64,000 bases of DNA from Octopus vulgaris (lineage: Eukaryota), in assembly GCA_951406725.2 (NCBI GenBank), contig OX597820.1, positions 38,750,001 to 38,814,000 of the forward strand. The letters run 5' to 3'. Made by a program: the position numbers and the translations under genes. The notes under the pieces are model-generated. The model had not been told where the DNA came from. It saw only the letters and a program-made list of their open reading frames with translations, and did no database searches. Numbering within the stretch: position 1 is the first letter of the stretch; each line of letters begins with the position of its first letter. This document shows positions 1-14,841 of the stretch, in pieces.

Positions 1-267
1 GGCATTTCTTTCTCCATTTGTTATTCTTCTTCAGTCATAGACCATCTGAAGCATCTGATGTATTGGGGTCTGAAAGAATGGAAATGATATAGTTAATTAC
101 AGAAATTAAATAAAATATATGAATACATATATGCATGCACAAAGGTATATGTAAGTAAATGAGTGTATACATATGTTTACATGTATGTATATGTATGTAT
201 GTATCTATCTACCTACTCGTCTGTCTGTCTCTCTCTCTCTCTATCTATCTATATATCTATGTATCTA

Positions 268-307
<40 letters not shown>

Positions 308-2042
308 GAGAGAGAAGGTGGTTGGGATTAGCATAAGCAAAAGGCAAGAAGTTTGTGAATGGAGTTTAGATGTTAGTCGATAAAAGTGGTCTCTATACTT
401 CGTGTACTCTTTTTTTAATCAAGTGTGCGAAAACGTGCAGAAGAGTATTGGACGCACGACCTTACAGTTGTTTATTTTGTTCCTGAACTGGACGTCAAGA
501 TATCTTGCAGCAAAGCACTTCGTTTTACGCTGCTTCTGTGTACTCGTATGAAAGTGAAAGCTAACAGAATGCTGGAGCCGCTAACATTTTCCATTAGAAT
601 ATCCCGATGAATGAACGGTTGGCAAACTAATTAGTATGTCTCCTCCTAACGGCATGGCATGGGAATTTGCATAACTTGCAGCGTTAAAATATCCTTATTT
701 TTAATGAGATGGGTTCTGTTGCATAGCAGACACTATGTTTTGAATTTCAGGTTCTATGGCAAAGACTTTTAAGTGTAGATCAAATTTCACATATAATGTG
801 TTTCTACAGCTAAGAAAATTTGCTCATATAAATATGGAGGGAAGAATCTTAATCGTTTGTTTATAGTTAATATTGTGTGAAGAATCTCAAATGTTTGTTT
901 ATAGTTAACAGAAACCATCCCAAACTGAAAATTGCTGGGGTAGAAAACAAATAACGTAATAGCAGTGGTAAAGATGTCCCCATCCCCGTCTCCGCCCAGT
1001 AGTCCCGGGAGGCTCGTAGGGGTAGATTTCTCAGGCACCAACCTACATAGGGTTCTATCCGAAGGAAATATTAGATTTTTCTCGCTCGATTCACAGGAGT
1101 GGCCAACTAAAACTATGCCACATTATTTGTTGTTAAATACACGTATGTCGAAGTAAAAGCATAGGAGGACCATCAATATGCCCCCCACAAAATTAAGCAT
1201 AAACAATAAACGCCAGCCACATCTCGCTACATGCTATTAAACATGTAAACAACAAACAGGCATATAGAAATACGCCAATAGACTAATTCAAGAAATGTGC
1301 ACAAACATTACATACATGCAAACATGCATTTACATGTATATACGCACATTGAAATTTACATTCCAGAGTCATCGAACCAAATCGATATTAGACCGTAAAG
1401 AATCATATAACCTCAAGTGAAAAAATTATACGCGTAACCAACAAACCGAAGTGAATGCTTTTCAATAAACTTTGAAAAAACATGTTCAAAGCTGCCCAGC
1501 AACTAGAACTTAGCGAATTTTCAAAATAAAATCCTCAAACTATAAAGAACGAAATAAAACAAGATATTGATACAAAAGCAAAATATATATACATTTTATA
1601 TTAATAGAAAAACGGTGTATTTGAACGACTGTAAATAGATCCAACGAACCGTTGTAAAACAAAACGCATTTTCATTCCATAACTACAAATAATAATTTTT
1701 GACAAATCACTTTACAAATGCAGAAACAGCAAATGTATTTACTACTCAAACAGTGATAAAAGCTTTAAAATACTCATGTAACTGAACTGATGTAAAAAAA
1801 GAAAACAGGAAAGAAAGAATGAACTAAAAAGTCACGCCAACGCGTTTTCTAAAACAAAGTAATATCAACCACTGAAAACGAGGGAATAAGCCCGCCCCCA
1901 GAATATCTAGAGTACGACGCGGCAAATTGTACCCACACGCACACACACACACACACACGCACGCACCACGCGCACACACACACACACACACGCACATACA
2001 CACACACACACATGCACGCACGCACATACACACACACACATA

Positions 2043-2245
2043 CGGAGCAAGAATCGGGATTTAAAAAACAAAGACTTAACAGAAAAACCCTTCACATTTG
2101 TACGGCTATGACGAAGATCAAAGGTTGAGACCCAGGGTTTAATGCTACAGTTCCAAGTAAGCCTGAGAATCCAGGAAGCACGATGGGGGAGAGTATACAG
2201 ATCACGAATCAGCTGTCTACACATGGAATAAATATTTCTTCTCTC
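2043..2245 (+). mobile_element. Probable PLE terminal-repeat (pLTR) remnant with a degenerate hammerhead-like motif
   Basis: TGACGA-AGATCAAGGTT-GAGA-CCCAGGG-TT at about 2109-2138 resembles CUGANGA / stem II / GAAA / stem III / UH; flanked by (CA)n and (TA)n. Confidence 0.35.
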
Positions 2246-2551
2246 CTTTCACTTTGTTATATATATATATGTGTATGTATGTGTGTGTGTGTGTGTGTGT
2301 GTCTATGTATGTGTCTGTGTGAGTGCATATATATTTTGATTTTTTCTGTGACTATGATCACTACAAACCATTAAGCTTGTTGCTGAAGAAAAATAGTTCC
2401 CTTTATTAATGGTATTTTTTAATTAAAGACGTATACTATTCTCCTGGGCATATTGCGAATATTACCTTACATTCCTATTATTGCACAAAAAGTGCCATTG
2501 GTCGAATGGCTAAGTATACGAGGACGTAAATACACAAACATCGGGGACACA

Positions 2552-2646
<95 letters not shown>

Positions 2647-2699
2647 TAAGAAAAGAGATGAAAGTGGTGAGTTGTAATGCAAATATATATATATATATA

Positions 2700-3470
2700 T
2701 CATGAAAGAAGGGAAATGCACTGTTTAAATAGTTTTAAGATATTTTAAACGAAAGAGCATTGTGTTTGTCCACCGGTATTGCTTTCGCCTATCATGACAT
2801 TGTCATTATAGTAATTTCGTATTTCCTTGAGAAGATTTTAGTTGTATGAAAGTTTGTGAATGAATCAACAAGTAGCAATATCTAAGGGGAGGTAATTGGT
2901 GATAGTTACTAGAGACACGGGAGGTAATTGCTCATTTTGGGGTTAGGATAAATAAACACACAAAAACTCATGAGCTAAAGTAGTGACATGAAATATAAAC
3001 AATGATGGGTATGTGATCATGAATTAAAATATCTATTGAGACCAAAGCTGGTTATGCGTACATATTTTGACATGTACTTTACTTTTAGATAAATAAATTT
3101 TCTTTATTTAAACGCTTTTGTATAGAAATTGTTTCTTTGCACTAGTAGATGGAGGAAACTTTGAAATTTGGTAGGAGAGCCCCTGCACATCCCTCTATGT
3201 GTTCACTCAAAGGCATCTGTTTATAATTTGGGAAACGGATCTCTTGCCTATGTAGTGTGGTTCTCCGTCTAAGTACCATACTTGTCTGTCTTTTATAGTT
3301 ATGTCCACAACCTCAACAAGCTATAACAAATTAAATTCTCGGATGTACAAGTGAAGTTGGTCTTAATTGTGAACACTTCCCTTTGTTTGAATTGGAATTT
3401 TGCCGATCAACAAGTCTCGGAATCCCTGTTTGTAGTGGGATGGGGGTCATGATCAGTCCTACAACCTAAT
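2700..3470 (-). mobile_element. Penelope-like element 3' remnant, GIY-YIG endonuclease pseudogene (Neptune-like)
   Basis: Manual minus-strand translation of about 3390-3050 with one frameshift and stops: FTIKTNFTCTSENLI/VIAC*GCGHNYKRQTSMVLRRRTTLHRQEIRFPNYKQMPLSEHIEGC...RLNKENLFI. Confidence 0.8.
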
Positions 3471-6180
3471 TGGTCAGCTATTTTTTTGAAAACCATGACA
3501 TGGTTCCGATTCGTTGATGGTTAGCAAATAAAACAAAAACAAATCAAATAAATAATGAGGCATGGCAAGTATGGGCCAGAAAGAGAGCAAAATAAAATTA
3601 AAAACAAGTAAATGAGTATGTGCGATGGATAAAACAATAGGTTTAAGGGAAGACGATCCTAAAGGACGGCATAAGAAAAATAAAAGAGTCTAAACGTATA
3701 TAAATATAAAAATATAAAACATATATCTAACTATCGGGGGAATCTACTGTATATGGTTCAACGTAATATTGGAGCTGGATAGGGGATGCATTGTTGTCGG
3801 AAGGCAGAAGAAGGAGGATTGCGTGAATAAGGACAAAAATGGATGGACCGGACGAATGGTGGTTGTTTTGCTAACTTATAGTTATTCAGTGCTAAAACTT
3901 ATACTAGTAAAATATAGAATGTTAGATATTAAGTATTGAAGGAGTGGCATTGTTTTATAATATTAATTTATTAAATTCTGTGTTTTTATTAAGAAGGGGT
4001 AGTTTGAAAAAAAATGTTTACAAATATATATATATATATACCGCTATCGGGAATTCTGTGTATAGCTAAAGGGGGTTAACCCGTGTATTTCTAGCTAATT
4101 AATTTATTAATTCCGTATTATTTGAATAGTACTCAACTTGGGTCTAAGGGAAGAGGTAATATCAGTTACAGATGCAAATTGGAGGTATTTGTGTTCGGAT
4201 AAGGGTGTCAACTATGGTGTGTAGACATCTTTGGGTTACGATATATTAGGTAGTTAAGCTATAGTAAATTACATTATATTATACTCAATTATCCGAGTGT
4301 ACATAACGGTTTATATTTATAATTTAACCTAGTGGATGGTGTGCTATATTATTATTACTCTGCTCATTTATAAGGTGCATTTCAATTACTAAGTGCTAGT
4401 ATGTATGGTAAAGTCTCGCGTGTATTTTCTAAAGGTTCATAAGGGAGGGATTCTTAGCCCCAGTGTATAAACTAGGTTTATGTAGAGTATTCCTAATAGG
4501 AGTATGAGATAATATACCACTGGGGACAAATATAACACTCAATGGCGAAATTGCCACGCAATAACAAGTACTTGGGTATGAATAATTGGGTACACTACCA
4601 GTAGCATATTGGATGGGTACCATCCCTTAGTTGGTTGGTTTCCCGACCTCTAACTCACACACACACACACATAGATAGATAGAAAGAGAGAGAAATAGTG
4701 AGAGAGAAGTAGAGAGAAAAAGAGTGAGAGAGAAGAAGAAAGAGAGAGAAATAGTGAGAGAGAAGTAGAAAGAGAGAAAGGTAGGTAGAATGACACATGC
4801 ATATATATATATGTGTGTGTGTGTGTGTATTTCCGTATGTGTATGCACGAGTGTTATCTCAAATATATTCACAATTACTCTAACTGCTATTTTGGAGTAC
4901 ACAAAAGACAGTATATTATGCACAATACCTCCACATACATTGTTGATTTTAGTTTCTAAACAGACATTAATTTTTTACACATTGCAACGTACTTAAGTGC
5001 TAATCAACGAAAGCGTTACATTTATTCCTAAACCAGTTGAATGGTGAATAATTAAACCGTCTATATATTTAGATTTCGATTTCTCAGGTTTTTTTCTCCA
5101 CTAACTCTACTTTTCATAAATTGCAGTTTCTCTTCACTGTTAAACCTGTTCTGGCTAATTTATAATTCCGAAATCAAATATTTGCCAAAATATTAATGGG
5201 TTTGCTTTAACCAATTGCTTAATTATTTACCCAGGAAACAGTTTTCATTATTGCGAGGTACGCTGCTGCTGTTGCTGCGAGTCTGCTGCTGTTGTTGTTG
5301 CTGTTGCGGCTGCTGATGTAGTTGTGGTTGCTGTAGGTTTCTCTTCATTTTCCTTAATTTTTCATTCTGATCTCAAACTTAAACATTTTTATTATTCACC
5401 AATAACTAATAATGTCTTACCTAGCAAACAGGTAAGCAGAGTTACTACAGCAACTAAGCCGAGGACTAAACAAAATTCTATTAAAATCGTTCATGCTATG
5501 ATTTTAAACGACTATATCCATAAAATTTACTCACGTTTTTCTATAAGGGCAGAAATGTACCCTGCCCTTACAGAAAAGCCTGAATATATGATCTTTTCGA
5601 AAGGATACAGAAAAACCGGATATATATATATACCTATATATAACTTTAGCAGGTGGTACTCTATCGACTTTCTAAGGCATATCTAATTCTCGTGTTGTAT
5701 TGTTGCGTACATACGGACTAATACCAATTAATGGCTGAGTTCGATCACTGCAGCTGCTAGGGAATGGGTAGATATATTGATGAATCCTTAAACAGAGACA
5801 TAATTAACGTTTGTTTAGTAATTATTATTTCTTCTGGTTATTCTGTTCTGAGTTCAGTTTCATTCCCAGCAGCAATTACGAGCAATTTGCTTTGGTCTGT
5901 CCAAAGAAAGAGTTCGAGATTTCTCTCTCACCTGCTTGAGATCCTGTAAACTATAGGAAAATGCGTTTCGTCTCGATAAGGAATTTTAACGCTTTCGTTT
6001 TAAACAAAATTGCAAGTGCATAAAGACCCGTGAAGAGGCATCTGCAGTGAAAAAAAAAGTGATTATATTATAGGCACAAGGTCTGACATTTGAGAAAACT
6101 GGTTAGCTAATTACAAAGACCGAGTAATTTAATAGTAGATATTTTTATCTACCTTGTTTGATGAAACACACTATTTACAT

Positions 6181-6181
6181 A

Positions 6182-6260
<79 letters not shown>

Positions 6261-6277
6261 GTATGTATGTATGTATG

Positions 6278-6335
<58 letters not shown>

Positions 6336-6375
6336 GCTAGCTAGCTACCCATCTATCTATCTATTTATCTATCTA
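6181..6375. repeat. (TATC)n/(TATG)n tetranucleotide microsatellite
   Basis: Directly visible. Confidence 0.98.
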
Positions 6376-7758
6376 TTTGTTTGCGTATGTAACTATATAA
6401 AGAGTTGTTGATGAGTTATTAATACGGGCAAAATACTTTATAATCTCTCAAAACCAGGCTAAGGGAATTTTGTAGATTAGTAAAGAACTGCATGTATGAT
6501 TATGGCAGAGTGCGAAATTATAGTTCATCACGGTTCCATATTGTACATCCACGGCTGTATTCCCAGTTAGACTGGTATTTTTCGCACAGTGGTATACAAA
6601 TAAGGTATAAATAATGCTCATTACATATCCTTTTATTGTAGTAAATTCGACTTACAGCTGTTTCCGATAATCGTTATAGGTTCATTCATTGATCGATTTA
6701 CTCAATCGATCGGTTGATCGATTCTTTAAAAATTGAACGATCTTAAAGAACTAATGCTATCCTTATGAGAATCGGAGTATTATGATGAAAACAATGCAGA
6801 ACATCGATAAATCAAGTATACAAACATGGGAAACGGAGCGAAAATAACCAATAAGTACAAGGCGAGTGGAAGCGAGATAAAGAGGATAAGGGAAAAAGAA
6901 GTGGTTAGCTGGAAAAGAACAAAAAGGGAAAGAAAGAAAAGGAAGAGTGAAAGGGAGATATGAATAAGAGAAGGGGAGGCATGGGATAAAAGAATGAAGA
7001 TAGGGAGGGGCATGCGATAGTAAGGAATCATAGAGGGGAATAGTATTAAAAAACATGAATGGGCTTAGTGTGTGTGCAATTGGGTCATCACTCTCAAAAA
7101 CATTTATATTGTCTTCTTGGCCAGATACTATACTGATAGGGCATTGAAATTTGATATCGGCCACTTACTCCCATGTTCAACTTAAATCTTTAATATTGGA
7201 TTGCTTTCTACTAGATTGGGAGCGAAGAGTATATTAAAAAAAACGGAGAGATAATGGAATAAAACATCCAGAAACCTCAATGTTATGATGGGAATGTGGG
7301 AAAGCTCTAGCAAAAATTGATAGTAGGGACAGAAAAATTATAAACTTTAAAAAAAACTACTTTCATTTATTATTTGGTCAATACACGCATTGAATAACTA
7401 TCGTAGACTGTACATCACCATTTGACGAATTTAAGGGAGATGTTAAAAGTCTAAATTGCACGTCTATAAATCCAGTGTTTACCATCACATTTTTATTTGC
7501 TCCTCTTTTTATGCTAATTTAATCTTTCAATTGAATTATGTGCATTATGCTTATCCGTTAGTAGCAATTGTTTCGGATAGCGGTTCTTTTGAATCTTTTA
7601 AATTTTATTGTTTCACTTTTACCTATTTAATCTCCTCCGAGTTTTATTCGATTTGTTATTACGTCCATTGACTTCCGATTCTGTAGAAGTAGTTTGACAG
7701 TAACCTTGAAGGCATTAGCCTAAGATAGCAGTCTACACTACATACATACATACATACA

Positions 7759-7790
<32 letters not shown>

Positions 7791-7810
7791 AACATACACA
7801 CATACATACA

Positions 7811-7859
<49 letters not shown>

Positions 7860-8179
7860 ATATATATAGTGTTCCGTTATAATTATGATCAACAAAAATA
7901 AACTCCATCCAGTGAAAGATAAACAGCATTTAATATACGCAGATTTTAAAACAGACCTACTAATGTTTTCATGCTGAGAGCCACAAAAGTCATGAGCATC
8001 AAGTAAACTTTGAATACTGTTAGATCTATTTGAAAAACCAGTACGCTGGTCTATGATAATGTATGAGTATAAACGAGAAGATAAACGCGTAGACGTTTGA
8101 TGTAAAAAGCAAAGTAAGAAAAGTAAGAAAACAAAGATCTCCGCCTCCTTTATTTGTACAGATCATAATGAATCTAGTT

Positions 8180-8740
8180 TGTGTAGACTAGTATTTACGG
8201 ACAGCAGGCTAACGTCTTTCAGACATCTCCTGAATCCCGAGCAGAGAGTGTCTCCCAGGCTGAGAAAAGAAATTTGTTTCAGTGCTTGCATTTTCTAGAA
8301 ATTTCAGATCTAGAATTATGTAGTGCTGTGGAATTCTTGAATCTACAATGTATGTGTGACCTTTCAGCTACGCATAACTATAAATGGCGTAGATTTCTTC
8401 ACGATTCTCAACTTGATAGCATTGCATATGGTGTGGAGTCAGTCTTCAGACCCCATACACAGCCATTCAACTTAGTGGCTTTATTTTTATCAATGTATCA
8501 GAAATAAGATTGGTTGTTTGTATAACGCCGTAATTTTTCTTCGTGATTACGTTTACATGGTGCACTGCTGTAACCTTGGGTTCATAAACAAGTGAGTTCA
8601 TCAAACATGCCTGATCACCGGACAGGCTGCAGGGTCTCGAGAGTTACAATTGGGAATGTGCTCCTGGTGTGACTTCTTTCATACTGCTGCCCCAGGGTAT
8701 TATCACTCGCAAGGTCTAACGGCATGCACTGAGACGGAAA
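8180..8740 (-). mobile_element. Penelope-like element remnant, GIY-YIG endonuclease pseudogene (second PLE type)
   Basis: Minus-strand motifs NCNSRDPAACPV / CLMNSLVYEPKVT, KNKATKLNGCVWGLK and NSRSEISRKCKH*NKFLFS match the PLE pattern CNCR..CPL.G.CL..S.VY / STELSKY.W.LK / LNKRSEL.SKCRH.NKFLL. Confidence 0.8.
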
Positions 8741-8824
8741 GTGATCGGAGACAGATGACATGATATGCCAAATTATGGAATCGAAAACTATTAGTAGCTC
8801 ATTTTAGAGTTAGGACGGTGGACA

Positions 8825-8983
8825 AGGACGAACAATCGAACGAAATACGGCCTTGCGGGCAAGGAAACGAGAATAGTGGGTAACAAAAGAAAACAAATGC
8901 AAAACAATACAGAGTATGATTTAGGACGAACAGTCGAACGAAATACAGCCTTGGGGCCAAGGAGACGAGAACAGTGGTTAACA
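8825..8983. repeat. Diverged 61-bp direct repeat, period 98 bp
   Basis: 8825-8885 vs 8923-8983 (aggacgaacaRtcgaacgaaatacRgccttg...caagg...gtgg.taaca). Confidence 0.85.
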
Positions 8984-9159
8984 CTTAGAAAATGTCTTGA
9001 AGGTTGGACAACAGAGAGACAGAGTATTTGTGACTGGTCAGCTACGAGCCCAGAGTAAGAAAGGAAGGAAAAGGGGAACTAGCGAAAGGTCACGCGACAG
9101 AAGCAGACAGAGGTGAAGGACAGCAAGACAGAGCGACAGAGAAAAATAGAAAATTTTTT

Positions 9160-9327
9160 TTGCGAGCACCGCTAACTGAGGAGTGCTCAGTCTTACCATT
9201 AAAAGTGCGAAACTGAATATTACCAATCGGTCTATAACTGATGAAGAATTACGGACCTTCTGTTTGTCTCCCATTCGTTTTTACATTCAGTATACGTTAT
9301 ATGTCGTTTGCTTATTTATCATACATT

Positions 9328-9330
<3 letters not shown>
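9160..9330 (+). mobile_element. PLE pLTR-like remnant with two hammerhead-like cores
   Basis: CTGAGGA at 9176 with GAAAC at 9209; second CTGATGA at 9238; ends in (TA)n. Confidence 0.45.
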
Positions 9331-9367
<37 letters not shown>

Positions 9368-11378
9368 GCTATATACGCACGCGCTAAATAGCGTTCATGC
9401 AGACCATGTTAACGGCCTATGGGAAATATTATTAAAATGAAATAAATAACGGGATTACGAAATTATGTTGGGTAACCATCAGTGAAACTTACTGATTAGT
9501 ATCGGTTCAAAATGAAATTTCAAGAAACCTTTTATTTTAAGAAGCCGTTGATAATCGTTCCGGAATATTTCAAATGGTAGTGGTTAATTATTCTCTGGAA
9601 TTAGTGTATGTTGACAGTGATAATATAGGTAAAATTCGAGCATGAGAATAATTCCAGATGTGCGACGTACATATGTGAAGCGCTGAGGCAATATATTAGT
9701 GTGAAAAATGGGGTAATGTTTAACACAATATTGTTAATGTTAGGAGGGAGACGAGTGGTAGTGGCAGAAAGGAACAACTAATTGATTTGTCAGATACAAT
9801 ATATTTAGGTTACATTATCATTAGAATAGGAAAACTAATGAACTAATAAGGCTAAATTATAAGCAATAATGAATGAAAACTGTATTAAACCAATTAGAGA
9901 GCTCGAAGCATACCCTCACAGATAAACAGATGCACAAACACATAGATAACCGCACGCACACACTCACGTATGTATAAGCATGCTTACATGCTTATACACT
10001 TTTCAAATCTTCGTCCCCTATCTCTTTCTCGCTGTGTGTGTGCGCACATACGAGCGCGCGTTTATCAATTGCACGAACATGTGAAATTAATCAATATTGT
10101 AAACATTACATATTTGCTAAACTGCAGTCTTAGAATCCGCCAAACGTGTTCTGCATTCATCTTAATAATTGCAGTTATTATATTGTTTTACGTACGAAAT
10201 ATATGGCTACACAGATTGACAATGGCTAATATCATTGCATATATCAGAACTTCAGTATTGTCTATGTAGACATATGTGTGTGTGTGTATGTGTGTGTGTG
10301 TAACTGCATATTTCAATCCGGAAGAAAAACGCGAGTTCTTACGATAACTCATAATAAAATATTCTCCCACGAGATGTTGCCGTTTGGCAGGAAACCAATT
10401 TTGGACTCAGGACTGCCAAATTTGATGTCTATCATTTGAGTAATTTTTCCCGCTTTACCGACCATGCATTATAGATCTACATGCAACTTATTTTGTAGTT
10501 GCTAGTATTCTCATTTGTACATGCGTTGGTTCTGCTTGAGATAACCTGTAATGAAAATATCCCGGCCACGGACGGCAAAATAATTTTTCACGAGTCTATT
10601 ATTTAATACAGTAGAAATGTTATTGACATTTATAGTAGTTTAATGGCGTAGGTATTCTAATTGAAATACACCTCCCTCTTTCCTTTCCGATATGGTTGTA
10701 TATTTTATTTGCGATTGAAATTATTTTTCGTTAACTAGGCTTCAAGGGCTCATAGGGCAGGGAGAGGAAATTGTTAATGTGATTTGTTAAGATTAATTAA
10801 CTTTGTAAGGGAAGTAACCTCAATCCGAATGGATGGTGAAAATTGATAAAGGTATCATTAAAAGAATAACACCAGCCTTAACCGATTGCAAAAATATACC
10901 TTGAGACAACAAAATCCTATGTCTCTAAATATACTGTTTGCGTTCAGAGTTAAAACAAAGATTTGTGGTGTTATATTATACAAAAGATTTCTAGTAGTTA
11001 AACATCTTGTGCGTTAAAAGTTTACGATGTATGTACAAATAAACTTGTTCTTTTAATATGTACAAACTTTATGCAATAAGCTAAAATCATATTTAAAGCA
11101 ACTGTAATTACCATAGCTCTATTGATAAAATCGGAAGAGAGATAGACATAATGTGAACACTCAATGTCCTATCAACATGCTTCACTGATTTTGCTAATAA
11201 AATTATCGATCCATATCAACATGTGTTTCAAATATAGTTTTATATAAATATATGTTGAAACACATAATTGACAAGTAGTTGCTCTGTATTGCTTTTGTAG
11301 TCATCTTTTGTTGGCAACATCAACATTGTGGTGTCCATTTTTATTATACTATTGGCAGCATGATAGAACAGCACTCGT

Positions 11379-11380
<2 letters not shown>

Positions 11381-11439
<59 letters not shown>

Positions 11440-11491
11440 CTGTGTGTGTGTGTTATGTATGTATATATGCATATGTATTTATATATACATA

Positions 11492-11526
<35 letters not shown>

Positions 11527-11581
11527 GCATATGTATTTATATATACATATATATGTATATATATATGTATATATACAAATA

Positions 11582-11617
<36 letters not shown>

Positions 11618-11640
11618 GATATATTTATGTACGTATACAT
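11381..11640. repeat. Compound (TA)n/(TG)n/(TATG)n microsatellite
   Basis: Directly visible. Confidence 0.95.
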
Positions 11641-12002
11641 AACAGAGAGCAAGGTATCACAAACCGATATCTGAGATGATTATACTACTAGCTCTTATCT
11701 ATATATAAAGCACGTCCAGGACGTCATTGAAAGAACAGACGTGCTTCAGTTGGCATACACAATGCAGACAACAGGAGAAACAGGTACTGCGTAACTAGGA
11801 ATTGCAGAGCATTGAGAGAAATCCGCTACATGTTATATACAACAAAATCTTTTAGAGAGAAGACAATTTACAAACATTGTTAGATATAATTTCTCCCTTG
11901 TTAAATACCACCACCGAGGTCCGGTATATTTCTCACTCGTGCGTGGGTGGGTTATTCATATTGGATTTGTGTTTAGTATATACTTATTTGAGTTTCTCTA
12001 TT

Positions 12003-12057
<55 letters not shown>

Positions 12058-12138
12058 ATATATACATATATACATATACATACATATACATACATACATA
12101 TACATGTATATATTTATACCCAAATACAGACACACACA

Positions 12139-12178
<40 letters not shown>

Positions 12179-14123
12179 CAGGTTCACATACACACACGCC
12201 CGTCCGCACATATATACATATTTACATTTATATGTCCCTGTAAACACACACATACAAATACATACATACATTCACACATACTTAGATGCGTACATAAGTT
12301 TTGGCCAGAATTGACTCGGACCATATCTAACCTCTTAACACCACCTAAAATTGACAGTTAATGATGTTTCATATTTGTGAGGTCTAAATCGTTGATCTTG
12401 CGCTAAAATTTGAAGCCATTATCATCATAAAGTGAGGAACAGTTGTCAACAGTTTTTTTCTGAGTTACATTTGCACCAACTATTGTACAACCATGATCTT
12501 CTAATGTGTGAAGCATTAGTGCTTACTAATGTCTAATATTTTTATACAATATCAATTTTTCTTTTATAGTAATATTTCTGTTGGTGTTTCTGGTAAATAT
12601 TTAGTGTATTGTCTATCGTGAATGCAAATATCGCTGTATTATTTTATTGGGTGAATTGTATGTTGTGTACATTACTGTATAATTATTATCGGTTGTCCCT
12701 TGTTCAGAATATATGCTGCATAGCTTATGCAACAAGGTGAAAGTTATGAGTCAGTAAGAATGGAAGAAGTGCCAGTTGCTAGTGGTTGTAGTATCGTGTA
12801 TTGACTATAAAAGAGTATGTTGTCTAAATTTGTTGTACATTGAAGCATTATTGGATGATGGTTTTATAGTGTGTGTTGTGTCATATTGTATGGTTCTGAT
12901 TATGTGAGATGTATCTTTTGTCAATCATGGTATTTTATTGGGTGGCTATGGCAAAAAGTATGTGATGTGTTCAGAGTGTGCACTCCTTGAACTGTTCTAT
13001 TAAATTGAATGTAGTTTGCGTAGGATGGGGATCGTATGTATCAGGGCTATATACTAAAGCATTATAAAGTTGTAAACACCGGCATGTTAGATCTTCGATA
13101 AAATTTTCTTTATCATACTCATATCTATAGCTATATAAAATCTTTTCGTCTACCGTACATCATAATTATTTCAGTTTGAAGACTATTTTAGTGAAATAGT
13201 TTCTTCCCTTCCCCTCCAAGGTAATCTTTGGTTCAGAAGAAATTGAGACAGTGATTAGAATACAGACATTGTTTCATTAATGATGGGCATGTCGTTGGCT
13301 TTAATACCTAAAGGCCACAAAGTAGGCGTCATTTGTATACTGCTAGACTATGCCGTAGGATGTATGTCATCATTACATATGGGTGGCCTTAATGAAAACG
13401 AAAATTATAAGTGTAAACGATAAATGGGTGGTCTTAATGAAAGGGACAATTATAGGTGCAAAATATACAGATTTCTGGTACTTTAAGTCGGTTTGGTGGA
13501 CCACCAGCATGGTTTTGATTTCTTTTCTTAATATTTGCTTTCGAATACAAAAATATGCGCTTGTATAAACTATACATATGCAGAAATATGTGGAACGTTT
13601 TCCAAGAGCATCTTAGGAAATGTTCATATTGTGAATCCCAAAATGAACGAGTTTTCTATTTATCCTGGTTATCACTTCATATGTGGGATCTGCACAGCAA
13701 TACTTTAAAAAAAGTTACTAGTAAGCTTCCTGCGTATTAAGTCTCGGCGTATTCGTAATTTTAATCAGACTGTCAAATTCTGAGAGAAGTCTCACCGATT
13801 TGAACTCAGAACATACAAATCGATTTATCAATACACCATGCCTTTCCCTCTTGTATTTCTACCACTGCACCACAATACGTTGTCACTTAGACCCAACGTA
13901 ACTTTTCATAATAATCGGTAGATGAAAAGAAGAAAATGGTGTGATAAAGCCTTCTAATTTAGAAACCCTGAAAGGTATTAAACAGATCAATGCAACATGA
14001 AACAAATTAATGCAATTATTGAATAATTGTGAATTTCTATATTTAATTAGGCTCATTAAGTTCAATGAAAACACATCAATTTTATCTCCTGAATATGTTT
14101 TACAAATCAGTGATAAAGTTGTA

Positions 14124-14166
<43 letters not shown>

Positions 14167-14388
14167 TAAATAATAATAATAATAATAATGATAATAATAA
14201 TAATAATTATTATTATTATTACTATTATTATTATTGTTGTTATTATTATTATTATTATTTGTTATTAATAATAATATTAATAATAATAATATTATTAATA
14301 ATTTATTATTAATAATAATAATAATGATGATGATAATAATAATAATAATAATAATAATAATAGTAATAATTACTATTATTATTATTAC

Positions 14389-14449
<61 letters not shown>

Positions 14450-14460
14450 GTTTATTATTA
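14124..14460. repeat. Alternating (AAT)n/(ATT)n trinucleotide microsatellite blocks
   Basis: Directly visible; orientation flips three times. Confidence 0.97.
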
Positions 14461-14539
14461 TCAAAAGGATTGAGATAACTCTTCATAAATGTAAGTAGGC
14501 TATACGAAGAGCGGTATTATGCGATTGCAATATCTATTG

Positions 14540-14686
14540 CAATACTTACTCTTTGTAAGCATAGTACTTATTCTATCGGTGTCTTTAACCGAACCGCAAA
14601 GTTACGGGGACGTACACACATCAGTTGTCAAGCGATACTGGGTGGGGTACAAAAACACATACACACACACGCACCCACCCCACCCC

Positions 14687-14718
<32 letters not shown>

Positions 14719-14841
14719 TACGTTTTGCTCGGCCCGAGGTTATAGTAGAAGACACTTGCTCAAGGTGCCACGCAGTGTGTTTGAACCCGGAAACAGGTGG
14801 TTGGGAAGCAAGCTTCTTACCACATATTCACTCCTGCGCCT
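14540..14841 (-). mobile_element. tRNA-derived SINE (family A, with internal microsatellite)
   Basis: Minus strand reads aggcgcaggagtg...gtggtaagaagcttgcttccc...ccgggttcaaacacactgcgtggcaccttgagcaagtgtcttctactataacctcgggccga; same head as 42803 and 15255. Confidence 0.8.

Noticed and set aside
7050-7240. Additional PLE endonuclease remnant on the minus strand
   Set aside because: Only faint motif resemblance; cannot be supported by eye
12400-13130. Strand-biased region resembling a decayed retroelement
   Set aside because: No diagnostic motif could be read
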